NCBI GenBank assembly: GCA_002269645.1
Contig: NIVC01001775.1
Location: 21,324 to 85,323, forward strand
DNA: 64,000 nucleotides
Reading direction: 5' to 3'
Origin: Macrostomum lignano
Lineage: Eukaryota
In this document: one piece after another, positions 23,335 through 35,455 of the stretch
Layout of the letters: every line of letters starts with the position of its first letter
How positions within the stretch are numbered: position 1 is the stretch's first letter
The notes under the pieces: generated by a model
The model's input: only the letters and a program-made list of their open reading frames with translations
Told to the model about the DNA's origin: nothing
The model's database searches: none
Position numbers and translations under genes: made by a program

Positions 23335-26300
23335 GTGAGTTATTTATATCTATGTGTATCTGCTCTGAAATGGATTTTTCTGCCTTTAGTTTCTCTGCCC
23401 CCCACACCCGCCTTCCCGCTCCCCACTCTTCAGTCTTTCCGCTCCCTACTCTTCACAGTCTTCCCGCTCCCTACTCTCCCCAATCTTCCCGCTCCCTACT
23501 CTCCCCAGTCTTCCCGCTCCCTACTCTCCCCAATCTTCCCGCTCCCTACTCTCCCCAGTCTTCCCGCTCCCTACTCTCCAGTCTTTCCGCTCCCTACTCT
23601 CCACAGTCTTTCCGCTCCCTACTCTCTCCCCAGTCTTTCCGCTCCCTACCCTCTCCCCAGTCTTCCCGCTCCCTACTCTCCCCAATCTTCCCGCTCCCTA
23701 CTCTCCACAGTCTTTCCGCTCCCTACTCTCCCCAGTCTTCCCGCTCCCTACTCTCCAGTCTTTCCGCTCCCTACTCTCCACAGTCTTTCCGCTCCCTACT
23801 CTCTCCCCAGTCTTCCCGCTGCCTACTCTCCCCAATCTTCCCGCTCCCTACTCTCCCCAGTCTTCCCGCTCCCTACTCTCCCCAATCTTCCCGCTCCCTA
23901 CTCTCCCCAGTCTTCCCGCTCCCTACTCTCCAGTCTTTCCGCTCCCTACTCTCCACAGTCTTTCCGCTCCCTACTCTCTCCCCAGTCTTCCCGCTCCCTA
24001 CTCTCCCCAATCTTCCCGCTCCCTACTCTCCCCAGTCTTCCCGCTCCCTACTCTCCAGTCTTTCCGCTCCCTACTCTCCACAGTCTTTCCGCTCCCTACT
24101 CTCTCCCCAGTCTTTCCGCTCCCTACCCTCTCCCCAGTCTTCCCGCTCCCTACTCTCCCCAATCTTCCCGCTCCCTACTCTCCACAGTCTTTCCGCTCCC
24201 TACTCTCCCCAATCTTCCCGCTCCCTACTCTCCCCAGTCTTCCCGCTCCCTACTCTCCAGTCTTTCCGCTCCCTACTCTCCACAGTCTTTTCGCTCCCTA
24301 CTCTCTCCCCAGTCTTTCCGCTCCCTACCCTCTCCCCAGTCTTCCCGCTCCCTACTCTCCCCAATCTTCCCGCTCCCTACTCTCCACAGTCTTTCCGCTC
24401 CCTACTCTCTCCCCAGTCTTCTCGCTCCCTACTCTCTCCCCAGTCTTTCCGCTCCCTACCCTCTCCCCAGTCTTCCCGCTCCCTACTCTCCCCATCTTCC
24501 CGCTCCCTACTCTCCCCAATCTTCCCGCTCCCTACTCTCCCCAAACTTCCCGCTCCCTACTCTCCAGTCTTTCCGCTCCCTACTCTCCACAGTCTTTCCG
24601 CTCCCTACTCTCCCCAATCTTCCCGCTTCCTACTCTCCAGTCTTTCCGCTCCCTACTCTCCAGTCTTTCCGCTCCCCATTCTCCCCAGTCTTTCCGCTCC
24701 CTACTCTCCACAGTCTTTCCGCTCCCTACTCTCCCCAGTCTTCCCGCTCCCTACTCTCCACAGTCTTTCCGCTCCCTACTCTCCACAGTCTTCCCGCTCC
24801 CTACTCTCCCCAATCTTCCCGCTCCCAACTCTCCCCAGTCTTCCCGCTCCCTACTCTCCCCAATCTTCCCGCTTCCTACTCTCCAGTCTTTCCGCTCCCT
24901 ACTCTCCAGTCTTTCCGCTCCCTACTCTCCACAGTCTTTCCGCTCCCTACCCTCTCCCCAATCTTCCCGCTCCCTACTCTCCCCAGTCTTCCCGCTCCCT
25001 ACTCTCCCCAAACTTCCCGCTCCCTACTCTCCCCAGTCTTCCCGCTCCCTACTCTCCCCAATCTTCCCGCTCCCTACTCTCCCCAATCTTCCCGCTCCCT
25101 ACTCTCCCCAAACTTCCCGCTCCCTACTCTCCACAGTCTTTCCGCTCCCTACTCTCTCCCAGTCTTTCCGCTCCCTACCCTCTCCCCAGTCTTCCCGCTC
25201 CCTACTCTCCCCAATCTTCCCGCTCCCTACTCTCCCCAAACTTCCCGCTCCCTACTCTCCACAGTCTTTCCGCTCCCTACTCTCCCCAGTCTTCCTGCTC
25301 CCTACTCTCCAGTCTTTCCGCTCCCTACTCTCCACAGTCTTTCCGCTCCCTACTCTCCCCAAACTTCCCGCTCTCTACTCTCCACAGTCTTTCCGCTCCA
25401 TACTCTCCCCAGTCTTCCCGCTCCCTACTCTCCAGTCTTTCCGCTCCCTACTCTCCCCAAACTTCCCGCTCCCTACTCTCCCCAGTCTTCCCGCTCCCTA
25501 CTCTCCCCAATCTTCCCGCTCCCTACTCTCCACAGTCTTCCCGCTCCCTACTCTCCCCAATCTTCCCGCTTCCTACTCTCCAGTCTTTCCGCTCCCTACT
25601 CTCCAGTCTTTCCGCTCCCTACTCTCCACAGTCTTCCCGCTCCCTACTCTCCCCAATCTTCCCGCTTCCTACTCTCCAGTCTTTCCGCTCCCTACTCTCC
25701 AGTCTTTCCGCTCCCTACTCTCCACAGTCTTTCCGCTCCCTACCCTCTCCCCAATCTTCCCGCTCCCAACTCTCCCCAGTCTTCCCGCTCCCTACTCTCC
25801 CCAATCTTCCCGCTTCCTACTCTCCAGTCTTTCCGCTCCCTACTCTCCAGTCTTTCCGCTCCCTACTCTCCACAGTCTTTCCGCTCCCTACCCTCTCCCC
25901 AATCTTCCCGCTCCCTACTCTCCCCAGTCTTCCCGCTCCCTACTCTCCCCAAACTTCCCGCTCCCTACTCTCCCCAGTCTTCCCGCTCCCTACTCTCCCC
26001 AATCTTCCCGCTCCCTACTCTCCCCAATCTTCCCGCTCCCTACTCTCCCCAAACTTCCCGCTCCCTACTCTCCACAGTCTTTCCGCTCCCTACTCTCTCC
26101 CCAGTCTTTCCGCTCCCTACCCTCTCCCCAGTCTTCCCGCTCCCTACTCTCCCCAATCTTCCCGCTCCCTACTCTCCCCAAACTTCCCGCTCCCTACTCT
26201 CCACAGTCTTTCCGCTCCCTACTCTCCCCAGTCTTCCCGCTCCCTACTCTCCAGTCTTTCCGCTCCCTACTCTCCACAGTCTTTCCGCTCCCTACTCTCC

Positions 26301-29300
26301 CCAATCTTCCCGCTCCCTACTCTCCCCAGTCTTCCCGCTCCCTACTCTCCCCAAACTTCCCGCTCCCTACTCTCCCCAGTCTTCCCGCTCCCTTCTCTCC
26401 CCAATCTTTCCGCTCCCTACTCTCCACAGTCTTCCCGCTCCCTACTCTCCCCAATCTTCCCGCTTCCTACTCTCCAGTCTTTCCGCTCCCTACTCTCCAG
26501 TCTTTCCGCTCCCTACTCTCCACAGTCTTCCCGCTCCCTACTCTCCCCAATCTTCCCGCTTCCTACTCTCCAGTCTTTCCGCTCCCTACTCTCCAGTCTT
26601 TCCGCTCCCTACTCTCCACAGTCTTTCCGCTCCCTACCCTCTCCCCAATCTTCCCGCTCCCTACTCTCCCCAGTCTTCCCGCTCCCTACTCTCCCCAAAC
26701 TTCCCGCTTCCTACTCTCCCCAATCTTCCCGCTTCCTACTCTCCAGTCTTTCCGCTCCCTACTCTCCAGTCTTTCCGCTCCCTACTCTCCACAGTCTTTC
26801 CGCTCCCTACCCTCTCCCCAATCTTCCCGCTCCCTACTCTCCCAAGTCTTCCCGCTCCCTACTCTCCCCAAACTTCCCGCTCCCTACTCTCCCCAATCTT
26901 CCCGCTTCCTACTCTCCAGTCTTTCCGCTCCCTACTCTCCAGTCTTTCCGCTCCCTACTCTCCACAGTCTTTCCGCTCCCTACTCTCCCCAAACTTCCCG
27001 CTCCCTACTCTCCCCAATCTTCCCGCTTCCTACTCTCCAGTCTTTCCGCTCCCTACTCTCCAGTCTTTCCGCTCCCTACTCTCCCCAATCTTTCCGCTCC
27101 CTACTCTCCACAGTCTTCCCGCTCCCTACTCTCCCCAATCTTCCCGCTTCCTACTCCCCAGTCTTTCCGCTCCCTACTCTCCAGTCTTTCCGCTCCCTAC
27201 TCTCCACAGTCTTTCCGCTCCCTACCCTCTCCCCAATCTTCCCGCTCCCTACTCTCCCCAGTCTTCCCGCTCCCTACTCTCCCCAAACTTCCCGCTCCCT
27301 ACTCTCCCCAAACTTCCCGCTCCCTACTCTCCACATTCTTTCCGCTCCCTACTTTTTCAAGTCGATTCACTTTTAACCCTCCGATTTTCCGCTCCTATCG
27401 CTCCCCAACTAATCAGCTCCCACTATCTCTAATGTCTTCAATACGAAAGCAAAAAATGCGTTGACCCATTTCCAACACACTACTAAATCATTAGTAGCAT
27501 AGTGAATATTTTTAAAAAGTCCAACTTTAAATTCCTTTATCCCAGAGACATCAAGCCGCAGAACATATTTCTGATGCGCAGCGGTCAAGTGAAGCTTGGC
27601 GATTTCGGAGTCGCCAAAACATTAGACTGCACGCTGCAACTGGCCAGCACTGCCATCGGCACACCGTACTATGTTAGCCCTGAGATTGTCAAATCCGAGG
27701 CTTACAATAATAAAACCGACATCTGGTCGCTCGGCTGCGTGCTATACGAATTATTAACACTGAATCACGCATTCGAAGCTAAAAATGAGAAACAATTGTA
27801 TATTAATATTAAATTGGGCAATGTTATGCCCGTATCGCCGAGGTACAGTTCAGAGATTCGGTCCATCTGCTCCGCTATGTTTCGGAAAAATCCAAGGTTT
27901 GTTGAACTACTCGTAGCTTTGGGATATATGGTAGTCAGTGGAGTGACAGAAGAGTCAGTGGAGTGACAGAAGAGTCAGTGGAGTGACAGGATTAGTCAGT
28001 TGAGTTACAGAAGAGTCAGTGGAGTGACAGGATTAGTCATTCGAGTTACAGAAGAGTCAGTGGAGTGACAGGATTAGTCAGTTGAGATACAGAAGAGTCA
28101 GTGGAGTGACACAATTAGTCATTCGAGTGACAGAAGAGTCAGTGGAGTGACAGGATTAGTCAGTAGAGTGACAGAAGAGTCAGTGGGGTGACTTCTACTG
28201 TTATTTCTCTATTTGCAGAGACCGGCCCACTGTGCAAGCTCTGCTGAAGAAGGAGGTTCTTCTCCCGGCTCTGTTGAAGCACATTTCGGCTGAGGTGGGT
28301 TTTATTATTCTACTAAAATAATTTTTAGAAAAAAAATTGCGTAGACTTTGCGAAAATTATATCACCAAATGATTTTTGGAAATGGCAAGCCTAGGATAGT
28401 CTTTTAAGTCACAATTGAGTTGCGGGTGTTTATGGAGTCGACACACAGAGTCAGCTGAGTTACTGGATAATCTAGAATGACAAGAGGGTCTTCCGTGGAG
28501 TGACAAGAGGGTCTTCCGTGGAGTGACAAGAGGGTCTTCAGTGGAGTGACAAGAGGGTCTTCAGAGGAGTGCCAAGAAGGTCTTCCGTGGAGTGACAAGA
28601 GGGTCTTCAGAGGAGTGCCAAGAAGGTCTTCCGTGGAGTGACAAGAGGGTCTTCACCGGAGTGACAAGAGGGTCTTCAGTGGAGTGACAAGAAGGTCTTC
28701 AGTGGAGTGACAAGAGGGTCTTCAGTGGAGTGACAAGAGGGTCTTCACCCGAATGACAATAGGGTCTTCAGTGGAGTGACAAGAAGGTCTTCACTGGAGT
28801 GACAAGAGGGTCTTCAGTTGAGTGACAAGAGGGTCTTCAGTGGAGTGACAAGAGGATCTTCAGCGGAGTGACAAGAGGGTCTTCAGTGGAGTGACAAGAG
28901 CGGTCCTGACTTTCTAATCGTCGGGCATGTGCACTCTCTGAGCCTTGCGGGTTGGCCCTCATGTGCGAGAATCGCACGACAGGCCCCGGCCCTACGTTTC
29001 AGCGCCTCTTTCCGCCTGGCCTTTCAGGAGGTGGCCGCTATTCAGCAGGCATCGCCAGCCTCGGCCGGTCAGAAGAGGCCGGGCAGCGCCCCGAGACCTT
29101 CGTCAGCTTCGTCGAAGCGGGTCGTTGCAGCTGCGGCTGCCGCCTACCCGGCCGCTCCGCTCAGCCCCTACGCGCAGAAGCTCGGCGGAGGCGGAGGCGG
29201 CGGCAATGAATCCGCCTCGCTGGCCGCAGCCCGCCGACGCGACCAGGAGCAGCGTCTGGCCGCGGTGCGCCGCGCCAACGAGCAGCACAGGCAGCGGATG

Positions 29301-32300
29301 CAGCAGCAGCAGCAGAAGGAACGCGAGCAGGACGAAGCAAAACGCCGCCAGCAGCGTGAGGAAGCCTTGATAAACGCGGCCCAAACGCCGACGCCGCCTC
29401 CAGCTGCAGCAGTTGCTGCTTCGCCTTCACCGTCACCGTCGCCCTCGCCGAGAGGCGGAGATTACGCCGCATACCACGCCGCGCTGGATAATCTGGCCAA
29501 GGAGGCGCAGCACCGGCCGCGTCAGTCGCCGCAGCCGCAGCAGCAGCAGCTCCATCCAGGGGTTGCCGTACCGTCGTCCTCGCCGTCAGCTTCTCCGACA
29601 CCACCGCCCGCCGCCGACAACCAGTCGGAACGGGCCCAGCGTCTGCTCGAGGATTACTGGGAACGGAAACGGCTGGCAGCTCGGATTAAAGCGCAAGGCC
29701 TCGGTCTGGGCGCCGCGCAGGCCGTTAATCCGCTTTCACGTGAGTGGCCGGCTTTTGAGGTGCCTGGTACATTGATCCCCATTGTAATTTGGGATCTGAA
29801 CTACATCGTAGTTTGGGATCTGATCCCCTATTGTAGTTTGGGATCTGATCCCCTATTGTAGTTTGGGATCTGATCCCCTATTGTAGTTTGGGATCTGATC
29901 CCCTATTGTAGTTTGGGATCTGATCCCCATTGTAATTTGGGATCTGATCCCCTATTGTAGTTTAGGATCCCCTTTTGTAGTTTGGGATCCCCTATTGTAG
30001 TTTGGGATCTGATCCCCTATTGTAGTTTGGGATCTGATCCCCTATTGTAGTTTAGGATCCCCTATTGTAGTTTGGGATCTGATTGTAGTTTGATATCCCC
30101 TATTGTAGTTTGGGATATGATCCCCTATTTTAGTTTGGGATCTGAACCCCATTGTAGTTTGGGATCTGATCCCCTATTGTAGTTTAGGATCTGATCCCCT
30201 ATTGTAGTTTTGAATCTGATCCCTTATTGTAGTTTGGGATCTGATCCCTTATTGTAGTTTGGGATCTGATCCCCATTGTAGTTTTGGATCTGATCCCCAT
30301 TGTAGTTTGGGATCTGATCCCCATTGTAGTTTGGGATCTGATCCCCATTGTAGTTGGGGATCTGATCCCCATTGTAGTTGGGGATCTGATCCCCATTGTA
30401 GTTTTGGATCTGATCCCCTATTGTAGTTTAGGATCTGATCCCCTATTGTAGTCTGGGATCTGATTGTATTTTGGGATTTGTTTTGCTGATCTCATTCTCA
30501 GTTAGCTTGTCCGAGCCGTAAATATTGGTAGGTCAGTAGAAAATCTGGGATTAATTCATAGTAACTTGAGCCTCCCAAACAGTAGTATATTTAGCATTTT
30601 AAATCGCATTTTTAAATCCAACGTAAAAAAGATAGTCCGAGTGCTATGCGGTTAGCCTAGCATTAGTTATTAAATACTTATTTGTCCGTAGCCGTGAACA
30701 GCGTTCCGCCTCAGCTGTAGCCGCCTCGCCCTGGCCTCGAGTGCCGCTCTGATTTGCGCCAATCTCTGACGCAGAATTGGCTCAACATTTTCGGCGGCCA
30801 ACCGTTGGTTCACGGTGGGCGTCAGGCTCCACCGCATCCGGATGCAGTCCAACACCAGGCCAGCCATTTCCATATCGATTCGGCGTCTGGCTTCGAAGGC
30901 TTGTCTGGCCAGACGGTCGAATTCGAGTTGTAGTTGGCGATCCAACTCGCGGTTCTTGCTGTTTAAGTTTGACTCAAATGGCATTGCGGGGGGGGCTTTG
31001 AGAAGGCGGAAGATGGAGCCAGAGAGTGTAGATCTTCATCTTGTCTAAGGTTTCTTAAATCAAGATTCACTAGTTAATTATTTATGCACGCTTGCAAAGA
31101 AAGTCGCGAGTCTCTTAATTATGACTTTTTGCATTGTCATCTCGGCAATAAAACAAATTCAATGCGTTTGTGAGCTGTCCCTTGGGAAGACTTGTCTCGA
31201 GGGTAGGGGCGTTATTTTGAACAAAGGTGTCGCTATACTTTTACCGGTGTATTGGCATTTCTTAGAATATTTTTATGTAATTGATTTAGTTTTGACTTTA
31301 CTGAACTATGAGAAATCGGTTTTAGATATACGCTCGTGAGATAAGCAGGTTATGGATTATAGAAATACATTGCTATTAATTATGAAGATAAGCAGGTAAT
31401 CAGGGAGATATGATAAGCAGGTAATCAGGGAGATATGATAAGCAGGTAATCAGGGAGATATGATAAGCAGGTAATCAGGGAGATATGATAAGCAGGTAAT
31501 CAGGGAGATATGATAAGCAGGTAATCAGGGAGATATGATAAGCAGGTAATCAGGGAGATATGATAAGCAGGTAATCAGGGAGATATGATAAGCAGGTAAT
31601 CAGGGAGATATGATAAGCAGGTAATCAGGGAGATAAGATAAGCAGGTAATCAGGGAGATATGATAAGCATGTAATCAGGGAGATAAGATAAGCAGGTAAT
31701 CAGGGAGATATGATAAGCAGGTAATCAGGGAGATAAGATAAGCAGGTAATCAGGGAGATAAGATAAGCAGGTAATCAGGTACTAGATCATCTATCCCCAT
31801 TGAGAGAACCAATCAACAAAGTGCTTAAGACTCGCCCATTTCTCTCATCATCCAGCTCGCCCAGCAGCTGTCGCAGTAGAGGAGACCTACCTCCGCCGCC
31901 TCGAGGAGGTCCGCCGTCGCAACCAACGCGAGCGACAGCAGCTCGGCGAAGATGTTCAACAGGAGCGTCACGTTCGTGAAGCAAAAATCGACGCCCTAAA
32001 GACTGAGGCCCGCGATAGAGCCAATCGACTGCGCGAGCAAATGGACGAGCGCTTCAAGGAGGCTTCGGAACGCCAGCGGCAGCAGCAGCAGCAGCAGCAG
32101 CGTCTGCAACAACAGCAACAGTCGCAGTATCCTCCGCCGCCCAGCATTACCGAAGTCATGCAGAAGCTTCAACCAGCCAGCGCGTCGGATTCCGAGCCGA
32201 CGCCTTCGGCTGGAGGCGGCGCCAACGGCGGCGGCGGAGGCGGCATCACCCGAGTCCTGGCTGAGATCGGCGCCAGCAGCAGCAACAGCGCGGCAGCATC

Positions 32301-35300
32301 CGCGGACGCCAGCAACGGAGACGATCAGGAAGCTCAGAAGCGTCGAAAGAAGGAGTCCATACTGCGGTACATCAATCGCAAGGGCGAGCCGCCGTCGGTG
32401 CCTCAGCAGCAGCCGCCGCCACCGGATGCGGGGGTCCGCAGCGCCTGGGACAGCATCGACTGTGATGTCGACCGGCTGGACCGACTTCCGCTACGTCTGC
32501 AGGGGTCGGATTCGTCCTCAGCCTCCGCCGATTCTCCTACATCGCCACAGGCGCCGACGGCGGCGCCGAGCAGTGCGCGCCAAACTCCGCGCGCCTGGGG
32601 CGCTCGCGCCGACGACACGGGATTTCTGCGTCGACTGGGCAACGCACCAATCCTGTCCGGCACCCTGGTCGACTCCGACAGCCTGCCGGAGCGAGAGGTC
32701 GATGGCGAGGGCGAAGTCGATGGCAAAGCCGACAGTGAAAGCGTCAAGTCGCCTGCGCATTCAGACTTGTCGCAAGTTGAAACGGCCGAGGCGTCGGCAG
32801 CAGCTGCAACGGCTGCCGCGGCTGTTGCCGAAGCTGAAGCGATGGCGGCGGCTGGTAGAGCTGAACACGTTGTTATGGAGCCCGAGCTCAGTGAGCGCTG
32901 GCTAATTATGCTGGTAGATAGCTAATTATGCGAGTAGATAGCTAATTATGCGAGTAGATAGCTAATTATGCTTGTAGATAGCTAATTATGCGAGTAGATA
33001 GCTAATTATGCGAGTAGATAGCTAATTATGCGAGTAGATAGCTAATTACGCTAGTAAATAGCTAATTATGCGCGTAGATAGCTTATTATGCTTGTAGATA
33101 GCTAATTACGCTATTAGATAGCTAATTATGCGGGTAGATAGCTAATTATGCTAGTAGATAGCTAATTATGCTTGTAGATAGCTAATTATGCTAGTAGATA
33201 GCTAATTATGCTTGTAGATAGCTAATTACGCTAGTAAATAGCTAATTATGCGGGTAGATAGCTAATTACGCTATTAGATAGCTAATTATGCGGGTAGATA
33301 GCTAATTATGCTAGTAGATAGCTAATTATGCTTGTAGATAGCTAATTATGCTAGTAGATAGCTAATTATGCTTGTAGATAGCTAATTACGCTATTAGATA
33401 GCTAATTATGCGGGTAGATAGCTAATTATGCTAGTAGATAGCTAATTATGCTTGTAGATAGCTAATTATGCTAGTAGATAGCTAATTATGCTTGTAGATA
33501 GCTAATTACGCTATTAGATAGCTAATTATGCGGGTAGATAGCTAATTATGCTAGTAGATAGCTAATTATGCGAGTAGATAGCTTATTATGCGAGTAAATA
33601 GCTAATTATGTTTGTAGATAGCTAATTATGCTTGTAGATAGCTAATTATGCTTGTAGATAGCTAATTATGCTTTTAGATAGCTAATTAAGCTAGTAGCTA
33701 GCTAATTATGCTAGTAGATAGCTAATTATGCTAGTAGATAGCTAATTACGCTAGTAGATAGCTAATTATGCTTGTAGATAACTAATTCTGCTTGTAGATA
33801 GCTAATTACGCTAGTAAATAGCTAATTATGCGGGTAGATAGCTTATTATGCGAGTAGATATCTAATTATGCGAGTAAATAGCTAATTATGCGAGTAGATA
33901 GCTAATTATGCGAGTAGATAGCTAATTATGCTTGTAGATAGCTAATTATGCTTGTAGATAGCTAATTACGCTAGTAAATAGCTAATTATGCGGGTAGATA
34001 GCTTATTATGCGAGTAGATATTTAATTATGCAAGTAGATAGCTAATTATGCGAGTAGATAGCTAATTATGCGAGTAGATAGCTAATGAAGCTAGTAGCTA
34101 GCTTATTATGCTAGTAGATAGCTAATTATGCTAGTAGATATCTAATTATGCGAGTAGATAGCTAATTATGCTTTTAGATAGCTAATTATGCGCGTAGCTA
34201 GCTAATTATGTTAGTAGATAGCTAATTACGCTAGTAGATAGCTAATTACGCTAGTAGATAGCTAATTATGCTTGTAGATAGCTAATTATGCGAGTAGATA
34301 GCTAATTATGCGAGTAGATAGCTAATTATGCGAGTAGATAGCTAATTATGCGAGTAGATAGCTAATTATGCGAGTAGATAGCTAATTATGCGAGTAGATA
34401 TCTAATTTTTCGAGTAGATACCTACATATGCGAGTAGATAGCTAATTACGCTAGTAAATAGCTAATTATGCGAGTAGATAGCTAATTATGCGAGTAGATA
34501 TCTAATTTTTCGAGTAGATACCTACATATGCGAGTAGATAGCTAATTACGCTAGTAAATAGCTAATTATGCGAGTAGATAGCTAATTATGCGAGTAGATA
34601 GCTAATTATGCGAGTAGATAGCTAATTATGCGAGTAGATAGCTTATTGTGCTTGTAGATAGCTAATTATGCGAGTAAATAGCTAATTATGCGAGTAGATA
34701 GCTAATTATGCGAGTAGATAGCTAATTATGCTTGTAGATAGCTAATTATGCTAGTAGATAACTAATTATGCTTGTAGATAGCTAATTATGCTTGTAGATA
34801 GCTAATTACGCTAGTAAATAGCTAATTATGCGGGTAGATAGCTTATTATGCGAGTAGATATTTAATTATGCAAGTAGATAGCTAATTATGCGAGTAGATA
34901 GCTAATTATGCGAGTAGATAGCTAATGAAGCTAGTAGCTAGCTTATTATGCTAGTAGATAGCTAATTATGCTAGTAGATATCTAATTATGCTTGTAGATA
35001 GCTAATTATGCTTTTAGATAGCTAATTATGCGCGTAGCTAGCTAATTATGTTAGTAGATAGCTAATTATGCTAGTAGATAGCTAATTACGCTAGTAGATA
35101 GCTAATTACGCTAGTAGATAGCTAATTATGCTTGTAGATAGCTAATTATGCTTGTAGATAGCTAATTATGCGAGTAGATAGCTAATTATGCGAGTAGATA
35201 GCTAATTATGCGAGTAGATATCTAATTTTTCGAGTAGATACCTACATATGCGAGTAGATAGCTAATTATGCGAGTAGATAGCTAATTATGCGAGTAGATA

Positions 35301-35417
35301 GCTAATTATGCGAGTAGATAGCTAATTATGCGAGTAGATAGCTAATTATGTGGGTAGGTACCTAATTATGCAAGTAGTTATCTACGAAGTTTTTTTGGAA
35401 AGCTGATTTTGCAGGCA

Positions 35418-35455
<38 letters not shown>

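Noticed and set aside
23307-27464. 1385-aa and 1365-aa Pro/Ser/Leu-rich ORFs
   Set aside because: These are stop-free translations of the intron 1 minisatellite. The kinase HRD motif is joined across this region by canonical splice sites.
29740-29861. Exon 4 extending to a GT at 29760 or to the ORF stop at 29861
   Set aside because: The GTGAGT donor at 29740 is consensus and gives the phase needed for exon 5. The extension runs into the minisatellite.
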